Part shown: piece by piece, positions 18,587 through 27,844 of the stretch
How positions within the stretch are numbered: the stretch's first letter is position 1
How the letters are laid out: every line of letters begins with the position of its first letter
Source: an uncultured Phycisphaerales bacterium
Lineage (GTDB): Bacteria > Planctomycetota > Phycisphaerae > Phycisphaerales > SM1A02
NCBI GenBank assembly: GCA_938084645.1
Contig: CALKEP010000065.1
Location: 1 to 31,484, forward strand
Length of the DNA stretch: 31,484 nucleotides
Direction of reading: 5' to 3'
The notes under the pieces: model-generated
Databases searched by the model: none
What the model was told of the DNA's origin: nothing
What the model saw: the letters and a program-made list of their open reading frames with translations, nothing else
Translations under genes and position numbers: made by a program

Positions 18587-19701
18587 CGGGACGAGTCCGA
18601 TTCAAACGAGCCGTCGGCCGTGCGATCGCCGCGAACCGTCATCGGGACGGGGGCGCCGGTGGCCACCCGCCTTCGCCTTCGAATCTCGGGGTTGCCGAGC
18701 TGGCCACAGGCGGCCATCACGTCTCGACCCTTGGTCCCGCGTCGCTTGGTGAACTGTCCGTTCTCGATCGCCCGGCCGATGAAGGCTTCCACCGCGGACT
18801 CCGTGGGGGCGGGCCACGGCGAATCGCGACGGGGGTTGTAGGGAATGACGTTGAGCGAGCAGCGAAGGGGTCGAAGGTAGTCACAGACCTCGTCGCAGTG
18901 CTCGAGGCCGTCGTTGACGCCCGGGATGAGCACGTACTCGACGCAGATCGCCGATTTCGGTCGCCCCGGCCAGCCGAGCATCGCGTCCATCAGATCATCC
19001 ATCGGCCAGGCGCGGTCGACGGGCATGATCTCGGCGCGGATCGCGTCGTTGGGGGCGTTGAGGCTCACCGCGAGGTTGAGTCGGTGGAATCCCGGTTCGG
19101 CGGCAAGCTCGCCGAGGCGACGGATGCCGTCGGGATTGCCGACGGTGGATACCGAGATGTTGGACGCCGCGACGGCGGGGCCGTCGTGGTCGGCGAGGAC
19201 GCGGATCGCGGGGATCACGGCGTCGAGGTTGTCGGTGGGCTCGCCCATGCCCATGAAGACGATGTTCTTCGGGCGATGTCCGATCCGGTGGGTGGCCGCG
19301 TGCCATTGGGCCACGATGTCGGCCGTCTCGAGGTTCCGGAGGAGGCCCATCTGGGCGGTCTCGCAGAATCGACACCCCATCGCGCAGCCGATCTGGCTCG
19401 AGACGCAGAGGGTCCTGGTGACGGTGCCGTCCCGGCGCCGCATCGGAATCACCACCGACTCGGTCTCGAGGTCGCCGGGCAGGGTGAGGGTGAACTTGAT
19501 CGTCTCGCCTTCGATTTCGCGGCGGCCGATCGGGTGAATGGCGGGCGTGTCACCGGTCGTGACCGTACCGTCACGATGAAAGTGTCGGTAGGCGGTCCGC
19601 GCGGACCCCGGGCCGGCCGAACCGGACGCCACGGCCGCGGCCACGTACTCCGCGGCGGTGCAGCCCAGTGGATCGGGATGTTGTTGAATCGAAGCCTGCA
19701 T
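18583..19701 (-). CDS. rlmN: RlmN/Cfr-family class A radical SAM RNA methyltransferase (RlmN-like)
   Basis: ETESV, LCVSSQIGCAMGCRFC (CxxxCxxC), MGMGEP, VSLNA, EYVLI, NVIPYN and AACGQL, with both mechanistic Cys present. Start reassigned to ATG 19701. Could be a paralog rather than the main rlmN. Confidence 0.82.
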   Translation of the reverse strand: MQASIQQHPDPLGCTAAEYVAAAVASGSAGPGSARTAYRHFHRDGTVTTGDTPAIHPIGRREIEGETIKFTLTLPGDLETESVVIPMRRRDGTVTRTLCVSSQIGCAMGCRFCETAQMGLLRNLETADIVAQWHAATHRIGHRPKNIVFMGMGEPTDNLDAVIPAIRVLADHDGPAVAASNISVSTVGNPDGIRRLGELAAEPGFHRLNLAVSLNAPNDAIRAEIMPVDRAWPMDDLMDAMLGWPGRPKSAICVEYVLIPGVNDGLEHCDEVCDYLRPLRCSLNVIPYNPRRDSPWPAPTESAVEAFIGRAIENGQFTKRRGTKGRDVMAACGQLGNPEIRRRRRVATGAPVPMTVRGDRTADGSFESDSSR

Positions 19702-19729
19702 CGTGTCCGGTCGAAGGGGCGAAGCCCTC

Positions 19730-19738
19730 AGGGTAGCA
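19730..19738 (-). promoter_or_regulatory. Putative extended -10 (TGcTACCCT) for the rlmN-like/ABC unit
   Basis: The minus strand reads TG-c-TACCCT about 28 nt upstream of ATG 19701. Confidence 0.4.
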
Positions 19739-19852
19739 CGCCATCGATTCCCATTCCCGGGAACCGAGGCCGTCAAACGACTATCATTCAGGACGGCCGG
19801 TAAAACGGTCCCGAAGGCAGACAATTCCGGTTCGATCAGAGGATCACGTCCG

Positions 19853-20251
19853 ATGCACATGAAGCACAGCGATGAGGCACACGGCCCCCCGGTCGTACCC
19901 GTGAAGTTCATTCTCGAGGACCCGGAGGGCCTGACCAGCACCGAACAGGCCGAATGGGATCTCATGGGGGGGGAGGGTGAGAACCTCCTCGAGCTCGCGA
20001 TCGAGCACGGCATCAACATCGAGCATGCCTGCGGCGGCGTCTGCGCCTGTTCGACCTGCCACGTCTACGTGGAGCAGGGCATGGACGAGGTCAGCGAGAG
20101 CGACGAGGACGAGGAGGACCGGGTCGAAGAGGCGCCGGGCCTCCAGATCAACAGTCGACTCGCGTGCCAGTGTCGGATCGAGGGCAAGGGCCCCATCACG
20201 GTCCGGGTCCCCGCCTGGAACCGGAACGCGGTCAAGGAAGTCCCGCACTGA
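19853..20251 (+). CDS. fdx: 2Fe-2S ferredoxin (adrenodoxin/ISC Fdx type)
   Basis: GENLLELA, IEHACGGVCACSTCHV, EED, SRLACQ; acidic; start at ATG 19853 or 19859. Confidence 0.92.
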   Translation: MHMKHSDEAHGPPVVPVKFILEDPEGLTSTEQAEWDLMGGEGENLLELAIEHGINIEHACGGVCACSTCHVYVEQGMDEVSESDEDEEDRVEEAPGLQINSRLACQCRIEGKGPITVRVPAWNRNAVKEVPH

Positions 20252-20328
20252 CCGGGAAGCGGCCGCTCGGCCTGCCGATCATGGTCCGCCGGTTCGAAAC
20301 ATCGAAGCGGAGTCCCTGAAGGTCCGAT

Positions 20329-20337
20329 TGCTACAGT
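20329..20337 (+). promoter_or_regulatory. Putative extended -10 (TGcTACAGT) upstream of the multiheme gene
   Basis: TG-c-TACAGT ends 13 nt before ATG 20351, with GAGGA in between. Confidence 0.45.
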
Positions 20338-20350
20338 AAGCGAGGACCTC

Positions 20351-23254
20351 ATGGATTCCCAGAATCGCAATCCAAGGCGGAGCGGGCCCCGGGGGCCCGT
20401 GGTGACCAGCGGGCTTCGCTGGTGGCTTCGCCTGCTCTTGCTGCTCTTCGGCATCCTCTGCATCGACAGCCTGTATCTCGTCGCGACCGATCTCGCGGCC
20501 TGGATCTCCGGTGAATCGAGGGAGGACGGACTCTACCTCTGGGCCTTCCTCGCCCACCTCGTCCTCGGCCTGATGATCCTGGTTCCCTTCGTGGTCTACG
20601 GAATCGGGCATGCCCGGCGTGGACGCTTTCGCCCCAACCGCCGTGCCGTCGCGGTCGGGTGGGGACTGCTCTGGATCGGCATCGCCCTCCTGGTCACGGG
20701 GGTGGCGCTGGTTCGTGTCGAGGTCTTCGGCATTCGCTTCGGGATCGACGCACCCGCGGTGCGGTCGGTGGTCTTCTGGGTGCACGCCGCGAGTCCGCTG
20801 GTCGCCATCTGGCTCTTCATCCTGCATCGCCTGGTCGGACCACGCTTGCGGTGGGGCGGGGGACTCGCGTGGGGCGTCGGTGGCATCGTGACCGCGGCAC
20901 TCGCCTTCGCCGTCTCCACCGGGACGCCCGTGCCGAGGCCGGCGCTCGATGTCCCCGTGGCCCTCGCCACGTCCTCGACCCCGGCGTTCGCACCGTCGCT
21001 GCTCGAGACCGCGCACGGCGGGACGGTTCCCACCGAGCATCTGCTCGGCAACGAGCACTGCATCGAGTGCCATGCTGATGCGCACGCCCAGTGGGCCGAC
21101 TCCGTGCACGCGTCGAGTTCCTTCAACAATCCGCTCTACGCGTTCAGCGTCCGCAACACCCGCCAGGCGATGCTCGATCGCTTCGACGACCTCGGGCCGA
21201 GTCGATTCTGCGCCGGATGCCATGATCCGGCGATCCTGATGTCCGGCTCCTGGGAACAGGATCGATGGACCGATCCCGCCGCCGCCGATGAGGTCGCGAT
21301 CGACCCGTTGGGCAGTGCGAGCATCGGTTGCATCGTCTGTCACGGGATCGAGGACGTCTCCACGCTGGGGAACGCGTCCTACACGTTCAAGGATCCACCC
21401 CGGTACCCCTTCGCCTTCAGCGGCTCGCCGTTCCTGCAGTGGGTCAATCGCCAGCTGATTCTCGCGAAGCCCGACTTCCACAAGCGGACGTTCCTCAAGC
21501 CGGTGCACGAGTCCGCGGAGTTCTGCGGGGCCTGTCACAAGGTCTTCCTGCCGGAAGTCCTGAACGGATACAAGTGGCTTCCCGGACAGAACCACTACGA
21601 CACCTGGCGACTCTCCGGAGTCTCCGGCCGAGGCATCGGTTCCTGGTACTGGCCGCCGCAGATCAGTGACGACTGCAACGGCTGCCACATGCCGCTTGTT
21701 CCCAGCGACACCGTCGCGGCTCGGGTTCGCGACGATTCGGGCGAGGCGACGGTCCATCACCACGGCTTCCATGCGGCGAACACCGGTCTGGCCGCGATCG
21801 CGATGGCGACCACCCCCGGGCCCGAGGCGGCGGAACGACTCGATCGGGTCATCGACGCCTGCACGCGGATGAACGAGGAGGCGATTCGACTCGATCTCAT
21901 CGGGCTTCGCGCCGAAGGCCGGGTCGACGGTGCGTTCCGAGGGCCGATCGGTGCGTCGCCGACGTGGATCGAGCCCGGGGAGACGGTGCTGCTCGAGGCG
22001 GTGACCCGCACGCTTCGGCTCGGGCATCCGCTGACCCAGGGAACCGCCGATTCCAACGAGATCTGGATCGAGATCGAGGCTCGACTGGTTTCGGACATCG
22101 CCACCGGATCGAGATCGATCGGATCCAGCGGTCGGATTCTCGATGACGGCGCGGTCGATCCCCGGGCGAAGTTCCTCGACGTGTGGCTGCTCGATCGCGA
22201 GGGGCGGCGCATCGAACAACGGAATCCCGAGGACATCTTCGTTCCGCTCTACAACCACCAGATCCCGCCGGGTGCGGCGGATCTCACCCATTATCGAATC
22301 GAGATCCCGCCGGACGCCTCGGGTGAGCTGGAGATCCGGGGCCGCGTTCGCTACCGGAAGTTCGACTCGCAGCTCATGCGCCACGCGTTCGGGCCCGAGG
22401 AAGGCAGGAGGCTTCTCGAGACCCTTCCGATCCTCGACCTCGCGACGACGACGGTGATCATGCCGGTCGGCGACGCCTCCACGACGCGTGTCGCGACCAC
22501 CACGGTCACCGCGGCGACCTGGGAGCGATGGAACGACTACGGCATCGGACTGGTCCGGGCCGGCTCCGGCGGTGGCGTGGCGAAGGGGCAGCTTGCGCAG
22601 GCGGTCGAGGCCTTCGAGACGGTCGAGCGTCTCGGGATCTCGGACGGTGCCATCAACCAGGGACGTGCCATGCTCATCGAGGGGCGGGTCGACGATGCGG
22701 CCGCGGCCCTCGGTCGTGCGGCCGATGCCGAGGATCTCCGCTGGCCGTGGGCCGTCGACTGGTACGCCGCCGTGGTGGCCCGTGAGAACGGCGACCTCGA
22801 GGACGCGGCGCGACGACTGGAGCGGATCATCGCGGCCCGGTATCCGGTCGCGGTCGAACGCGGGTACGACTTCTCCCGCGACGAGCGGGTGTGGAACGAA
22901 CTCGCGACGGTCCGGTTCCAGCTTGCCCGCCGGGCGACCACCGAGGACGCCGAAGCGGAAGGGCTCGAGGCCGCGATCGTCGCGGTGGATCGAAGTCTCG
23001 CCCTCGATTCTCAACGGGCGCAGACGTGGTTCCTCGCGTCGACGATCCGGGCCGCGGCCGGCGACGACGTCGGTGCCGCCTCGGCGCGGGCCGAATTCGA
23101 ACTCCTCCGCCCCGACGACAACGCCCGGGATCGGGCGATCCGCCTCGCTCGCAGTCGCAGTGAGATCGCGGACCACGCCGCGGAGCCGATCGCGATCTAT
23201 GAACTCGGCCCTGGAGCGGCCCGGCCGATCACCGCCACCGGAAGCGATCGATGA
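20351..23254 (+). CDS. Membrane-anchored pentaheme c-type cytochrome (c554/c552-like) with five N-terminal TM helices and C-terminal TPR repeats
   Basis: Five CxxCH motifs: CIECH 21059, CAGCH 21209, CIVCH 21329, CGACH 21524 and CNGCH 21674. WADSVHA follows heme 1. The N-terminus is hydrophobic and the helical C-terminus is TPR-like (WERWNDYGIGL...). Confidence 0.88.
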   Translation: MDSQNRNPRRSGPRGPVVTSGLRWWLRLLLLLFGILCIDSLYLVATDLAAWISGESREDGLYLWAFLAHLVLGLMILVPFVVYGIGHARRGRFRPNRRAVAVGWGLLWIGIALLVTGVALVRVEVFGIRFGIDAPAVRSVVFWVHAASPLVAIWLFILHRLVGPRLRWGGGLAWGVGGIVTAALAFAVSTGTPVPRPALDVPVALATSSTPAFAPSLLETAHGGTVPTEHLLGNEHCIECHADAHAQWADSVHASSSFNNPLYAFSVRNTRQAMLDRFDDLGPSRFCAGCHDPAILMSGSWEQDRWTDPAAADEVAIDPLGSASIGCIVCHGIEDVSTLGNASYTFKDPPRYPFAFSGSPFLQWVNRQLILAKPDFHKRTFLKPVHESAEFCGACHKVFLPEVLNGYKWLPGQNHYDTWRLSGVSGRGIGSWYWPPQISDDCNGCHMPLVPSDTVAARVRDDSGEATVHHHGFHAANTGLAAIAMATTPGPEAAERLDRVIDACTRMNEEAIRLDLIGLRAEGRVDGAFRGPIGASPTWIEPGETVLLEAVTRTLRLGHPLTQGTADSNEIWIEIEARLVSDIATGSRSIGSSGRILDDGAVDPRAKFLDVWLLDREGRRIEQRNPEDIFVPLYNHQIPPGAADLTHYRIEIPPDASGELEIRGRVRYRKFDSQLMRHAFGPEEGRRLLETLPILDLATTTVIMPVGDASTTRVATTTVTAATWERWNDYGIGLVRAGSGGGVAKGQLAQAVEAFETVERLGISDGAINQGRAMLIEGRVDDAAAALGRAADAEDLRWPWAVDWYAAVVARENGDLEDAARRLERIIAARYPVAVERGYDFSRDERVWNELATVRFQLARRATTEDAEAEGLEAAIVAVDRSLALDSQRAQTWFLASTIRAAAGDDVGAASARAEFELLRPDDNARDRAIRLARSRSEIADHAAEPIAIYELGPGAARPITATGSDR

Positions 23255-25089
23255 ACGACCGGCCCACCCGCGACCGGGATGCGATCATCGGAGTCGCCTT
23301 CCGTCGGAGCCTGTTCGGCTTCGCGGCGATCGGGGTGGTGGTGGGCGGCGTCCTGCTCGCCCGGACCGTCCTCACCTCGAACGAGGAACGCGTCGCGAGC
23401 GAGGAGGAGATCGACGCCCCCGAGGGCACGACCGGGCCGGCACCCGAGGTCGGGGACCTTCGGATGCCCTTCACCGATCGGACCACGGCGTGGGGCGTCG
23501 ATTTCGACCGTGACGACGGCGCGAGAGGTGGGAAGCTCCTGCCGGAGTCGATCGGCGGCGGCGTGGCGATCGTGGATCTCGACGGCGACGAACGGCCCGA
23601 CCTCGTCTTTCCGGATGGTGCGGACCTCCTCGACGACGCCGCCGGCGAGCGGCTGGTCGTGTATCGCAACGTGGCCGGTCCGGACGGTGAACCTCGCTTT
23701 GAACGGATCGACGAGCCACCGGTGCTCGTGGGTCATGCGATGGGCGTCGCCGTGGGTGACGTCGACGGTGACGGCGACCGGGATCTCTTCGTGTCGATGG
23801 TGGGACGGGATCGCCTGTTCCTCAACGAATCCACCCCGGGGCGCATTCGATTCCGGGACGCGACCGATGCGTCCGGCATTCCGGACACCGAGGCCTGGAG
23901 CACCGCGGCCGGATTCGCGGATCTCGACCTCGATGGAGACCTCGACGTCGTCGGTCTGCGATACGTCGACTGGTCGCCCGAGATCGATGCGGCGGTCGAC
24001 TTCCGGCTCGACGGCATCGGACGCGCGTACGGGCCGCCCACCGGCTTCGCCGGCACGACGCCGTTCCTGCTCCTCAACGAGCGGGATGCATCCGGTTCGG
24101 TCCGCTTCACGGAGGCGAGCGAGTCCCGGGGGCTTCGGCAGTCGAATCAGGACACGGGTCTTCCGGAAGGAAAGGGACTGGCGCTCGCGATCGTCGATCT
24201 CGACGACGACGGCGACCTCGACGTGATCGCCGCGAACGACACCACCGCGAACGCCGCGTGGATCAACGATGGCCGTGGCTTCTTCGATGAGCGAGGGCGA
24301 CGGCTCGGCATCGCGTTCGATCGATCGGGTGCGGCGACGGGCGCGATGGGGATCGACGTCGCGACGCGGCCGGCGCGGAACGGCGAGGACACCCTGGTGG
24401 CGATCGGAAACTTCGCGAACGAGCCGAGTTCGCTCTTCATCCGACGGGCGGGTGAAGCGGCCTTCTTCGACGACGCGGCGGCGGAAGGGGTGTCCGGCGC
24501 GACCCGACGGGCCCTCACCTTCGGGCTGCTCTTCACCGATCTCGATCTCGACGGCGTCGAGGATCTCGTGCAGGCGAACGGTCATCTGGAGGCCGAGATC
24601 CCGGTGATCCAGTCCAGTCAGTCCTACCGTCAGTCCGCGCAGGTCTTCCGCGGCCTGCCGGGAGGCGGCTTCCGCGAGGTGCCGCGAGACGCGATCGGCG
24701 ATCTCGGCATTCCGATGGTCGGACGCGGGCTCGCCAGCGGCGACCTCGATCTCGACGGCGATCTCGATCTGGTGCTCGCGCAGGTGGCGGGACCACCGCT
24801 CGTGCTTCGAAACGATGCGTCGACCGGTGCCTCGGTCCAGGTCCGACTCGACGGATCGGAGGGCAATCGCGACGCCATCGGTGCGGTGATCTCGGCGACG
24901 ATCGGTGATCGCGTCCTGGTCCGGAGAATCATGCCAACCCGAAGTTACCTGTCGCAGGTCGAGCCGGTCGCGGTCTTCGGGCTCGGAACCGCGTCGGCGG
25001 TCGATCGGCTCGAGATTCGCTGGCCCGATGGCGAGACCCGCACGATCGACGGCCCGATCGAGGCCGGTCGCCATCGATTCGCTCGTTGA
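23251..25089 (+). CDS. CRTAC1-family FG-GAP/VCBS repeat protein with C-terminal ASPIC/UnbV domain
   Basis: LPESIGGGVAIVDLDGD, repeated DxDGDGDxDL, GAMGID, DLVQANGH, GRGLASGDLD and the ASPIC motifs NRDAIGA...SYLSQ...FGLG...IRWPDG; N-terminal TM/signal segment; ATGA overlap with the upstream gene. Confidence 0.9.
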   Translation: MNDRPTRDRDAIIGVAFRRSLFGFAAIGVVVGGVLLARTVLTSNEERVASEEEIDAPEGTTGPAPEVGDLRMPFTDRTTAWGVDFDRDDGARGGKLLPESIGGGVAIVDLDGDERPDLVFPDGADLLDDAAGERLVVYRNVAGPDGEPRFERIDEPPVLVGHAMGVAVGDVDGDGDRDLFVSMVGRDRLFLNESTPGRIRFRDATDASGIPDTEAWSTAAGFADLDLDGDLDVVGLRYVDWSPEIDAAVDFRLDGIGRAYGPPTGFAGTTPFLLLNERDASGSVRFTEASESRGLRQSNQDTGLPEGKGLALAIVDLDDDGDLDVIAANDTTANAAWINDGRGFFDERGRRLGIAFDRSGAATGAMGIDVATRPARNGEDTLVAIGNFANEPSSLFIRRAGEAAFFDDAAAEGVSGATRRALTFGLLFTDLDLDGVEDLVQANGHLEAEIPVIQSSQSYRQSAQVFRGLPGGGFREVPRDAIGDLGIPMVGRGLASGDLDLDGDLDLVLAQVAGPPLVLRNDASTGASVQVRLDGSEGNRDAIGAVISATIGDRVLVRRIMPTRSYLSQVEPVAVFGLGTASAVDRLEIRWPDGETRTIDGPIEAGRHRFAR

Positions 25090-25170
25090 CGACGCCGTCG
25101 CCCGACCCGGCAGGGAGGCCGACGCGAAGGGCGATGCGATCCGAGCGTCCGTCACGGATCCGTTCAAGGT

Positions 25171-25203
25171 GAAGAAAAACCCCCCGCCCGAGGGGCGGGG
25201 GGT
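25171..25203 (-). terminator. Rho-independent terminator of the 25231-27726 gene (possibly bidirectional)
   Basis: Perfect 11-bp stem ACCCCCCGCCC (25179-25189) / GGGCGGGGGGT (25193-25203), followed on the minus strand by TTTTCTTC; lies between convergent genes. Confidence 0.85.
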
Positions 25204-25230
25204 CCTGTTCTTCGAAGCAGATCGTCGGTC

Positions 25231-27726
25231 TCAGCAGTCGGTGCCGAAGGCCGCAAGCAGCAGTCCGAGGTCGGCGCCGTTGGTGTTGCCGTCACCGTTG
25301 AGGTCTGCGCCGGCGGTGCCCCAGGCGGCAAGCAGCAGGCCGAGGTCGGCACCCGTGACGCTACCGTCACCGTTGAGATCCTCCGGGCAGTTCGGGGCCG
25401 AGACGCACTCGACACGGCTGATCCTGAGATCGTCGATGCCGCACTCCATGAGCGAGTTGTTCGGATTGTCCGAGGCGGTGAAGCGAAGGTTGACGGTCGA
25501 GGTCGGCTCCACGTAGTCGGCGACGTTGAAGCCGGCGTCGTTCCATCCGGGCGTGCCGTTGGCGATCGCCATCACGGTGATCCAGTCGCCGCCGTTCGAG
25601 ATCTCCACGAGCATGCGGTCTTCGGTCGAAGTGCCGAAGTCGTCGTTCACGACCCACCACTTGAATCCGACCACGGCATCGCCGTCGGAGAGATCGAAGG
25701 TGGGGGAGGTGAGGTACACGGCGCCGTTGTCGACGTCCGCGGCTCCGGCCGAGCCGCCCGGCTGGCCGTTCTGGGTGACCCAGCACTGGGTGCCCTTCGC
25801 GGTGGCGTCTTCGCTCGGGGCGAATTCGATGCCGCCGTTGATGGTCCCGATCGGAACCGCCCGCTCCCAGAAGCCGGCGGTGGTCGTGGCGTCGGCGTCG
25901 GTGGTCCAGTCGCCGTCGCCCGACTCCATGTCGTCTTCGAGCACGACATCGAGTCCGGTCTGGGCGATGGCCTCGTGCCAGCCCGAGTTGGGGCTGCGGA
26001 ACGTCGCGCCCGCGACGTTGTCCGCGGTCACGTAGAACCGCAGCTCCTGGCCGCAGTCGATGGCGGGAAGCATCGCATCGAGCAGTTCGCCGGCGCCCTG
26101 CAGCGGGCTGGCGGTGAACGTCGCGCCGTCGATCGAGGACCAGAGTCGGCCGGATCCGGCGTCGTAGGGCGATCCGATCGCGTTGAGCGTCACGCCCATG
26201 ATGGTCTGCGAGTTGGGAAGCACCGTGGTCGGAATTCCGGTGGGGTACTCGAACTCGATCCGGACCGCGGGCTGGTTCATCCAGACGCTGAAGCCGTAGC
26301 AGGCACCGATGACGAGGTCGAGGGCACCGTCGTTGTCGATGTCGATCGGGGCCGCGTCATAGGTCGAATCGAGCGCCCAGAGCGGAAGGACCGTGCCGTC
26401 CTCGTCGAGCAGCGCCGACGTCACGCCGGTGTTGCGATAGATGTGCATCCGGCGACCGGAGCTCGGGCAGAACGGGGGGAGGTCGGAGTCGACGTCCGCG
26501 ATCATCACGTCGTTCCAGCCGTCGTCGTTGAGGTCGGCGATCTGGATCGAGTTTCCGAACTCGCCGAGGCTGTCGGCGATGGTGTACCGGGTCCAGGTCG
26601 CGTATCCGGACCCGTTGTTCCCGTTGTTGATCATGTACGCGTCCTGGCCGTCGTCGGCCGAGATCACGTCGACCCGGCCGTCGTTGTTCAGGTCGCCGGC
26701 GTTCATGCCGTACGGGGCGCCGCCGGTGATGGTCTGCGGGCCCACCCAGCTCATGCCGTTGGTCTGGTAGATGACGGCGATGTCCTGTCCGGAGGTGAGC
26801 GTGTTGACGCGGATGACGTCGTTGAGGCCGTCACCGTTCACGTCGCGGATCACGCACTCGTTGCCGAAGGCCATCGCGAGCTGGCTCGCGGACATGCGGG
26901 TCGTGGTCGAATCCTCGAAGAAACCGGGGTTCGCGGCACCGAGGTTGACCAGAAGCTTCCCGTCGTAGTCCATCGACGGCGTCTCGCCGGGACTCGGGTT
27001 GCACTCCGCGACGCCGTCCACGACGTCGTTGGTGTCACCATCCATGTTGAGGTCGATGCAGACCATGCCGCTGGTCTCGGGGGTGTCGTAGTCGACGAAG
27101 TAGATGTCGGGGTAGCCGTCGTTGGTGACGTCGCCGACCGCGATCGCGCACGCCCGGGGATTGGCGGCGGATCCGTTCTTGGCGAAGAGCTGCGGAATCC
27201 GATCGTCCTCGAAACGGAAGCCCAGCCAGTTGCCGTTCTGGTCGAGCCCCTGGTTCCGGTAGATCCGCGGCTGGCCTTCACGGGCGTTGAGGTTGTCGCT
27301 CATCGTGGTGGCGGTGACGAGATCGACCCAGCCGTCGAGGTCGACGTCGAGGATCTTGACGTCGCGGTCGTTGGTCGGGGTGAGGAATCCGAGGTCGCTG
27401 GGGTGATCGGTGTTGATCGCGAAGTTGTCGGTCCGGTCGACCAGCACGCCACCCTCGTTCATCAGCAGAAGGTTCTTCGCGCCGCCCTCGACCGAACCCG
27501 GGAACTTCCGCATCACGACCAGGTCGGTGAAGCCGTTCTGGTCGAAGTCGGCCCACGCGAAGTCCTTCTCGAGGTTGTCGTTGACCCGGTAGAGCTCGTC
27601 GAGCACCAGTCGGTCTGCGGTCGCCTCGGTGAACTCCACCCAGGGGTCCTGGGCGATCGCGGTGGAGGCCACGGCCGCGGCGAGGAGCGTGGCGATTCCG
27701 ATCGAGGGTCTGCTGGCGAGATGCAT
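25231..27726 (-). CDS. Secreted FG-GAP/VCBS-repeat beta-propeller protein with a beta-sandwich/MAM-like region and C-terminal dockerin-like pair
   Basis: Start at ATG 27726 (AGGAG RBS upstream; signal peptide ...LLAAAVASTAIA). Multiple DxDxNGxxDL repeats and a C-terminal CPEDLNGDGSVTGADLGLLLAAWG..ADLNGDGNTNGADLGLLLAAFG. Confidence 0.85.
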   Translation of the reverse strand: MHLASRPSIGIATLLAAAVASTAIAQDPWVEFTEATADRLVLDELYRVNDNLEKDFAWADFDQNGFTDLVVMRKFPGSVEGGAKNLLLMNEGGVLVDRTDNFAINTDHPSDLGFLTPTNDRDVKILDVDLDGWVDLVTATTMSDNLNAREGQPRIYRNQGLDQNGNWLGFRFEDDRIPQLFAKNGSAANPRACAIAVGDVTNDGYPDIYFVDYDTPETSGMVCIDLNMDGDTNDVVDGVAECNPSPGETPSMDYDGKLLVNLGAANPGFFEDSTTTRMSASQLAMAFGNECVIRDVNGDGLNDVIRVNTLTSGQDIAVIYQTNGMSWVGPQTITGGAPYGMNAGDLNNDGRVDVISADDGQDAYMINNGNNGSGYATWTRYTIADSLGEFGNSIQIADLNDDGWNDVMIADVDSDLPPFCPSSGRRMHIYRNTGVTSALLDEDGTVLPLWALDSTYDAAPIDIDNDGALDLVIGACYGFSVWMNQPAVRIEFEYPTGIPTTVLPNSQTIMGVTLNAIGSPYDAGSGRLWSSIDGATFTASPLQGAGELLDAMLPAIDCGQELRFYVTADNVAGATFRSPNSGWHEAIAQTGLDVVLEDDMESGDGDWTTDADATTTAGFWERAVPIGTINGGIEFAPSEDATAKGTQCWVTQNGQPGGSAGAADVDNGAVYLTSPTFDLSDGDAVVGFKWWVVNDDFGTSTEDRMLVEISNGGDWITVMAIANGTPGWNDAGFNVADYVEPTSTVNLRFTASDNPNNSLMECGIDDLRISRVECVSAPNCPEDLNGDGSVTGADLGLLLAAWGTAGADLNGDGNTNGADLGLLLAAFGTDC

Positions 27727-27844
27727 CTTCTTGAGTCTCCTGGTTCCTGCCACCGTGCGGTGGCGATGAGTTGGATCCACCCCAACTCGCGGTCCTGTTC
27801 GATCGTAGCGATTCGCCGCGACCGGTCATCCTAATCGTTCATGG

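Noticed and set aside
18583..19701. Cfr-type antibiotic resistance methyltransferase
   Set aside because: It retains the RlmN-type MGMGEP motif and has no mobile-element context; nothing specifically supports Cfr.
19966..19973. G8 homopolymer in the ferredoxin as a phase-variation tract
   Set aside because: It is short, in frame (ATG GGG GGG GAG) and plausible by chance in high-GC DNA.
19702..20019. N-terminal extensions given by the ORF track (also 2499-2663, 6407-6658, 8832-9032, 27727-27780, 29537-29812, 29564-29815)
   Set aside because: Most overlap neighbouring genes or promoters and all lack homology-like content. The downstream starts have an RBS, a signal peptide, ATGA coupling or a promoter box.
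20279..23176. 965-aa antisense ORF, plus similar long ORFs at 2620-4470, 6278-8029, 13059-15434, 16331-18577, 23197-25167 and 25975-27834
   Set aside because: These are antisense shadows of well-supported genes. High-GC codon bias removes stop codons on the opposite strand, and the translations have no recognisable motifs.
23570..24780. Recurring gatctcgacggcgac-like DNA repeats resembling an array
   Set aside because: They are the coding sequence of DxDGDGD FG-GAP motifs, degenerate and irregularly spaced; not CRISPR.
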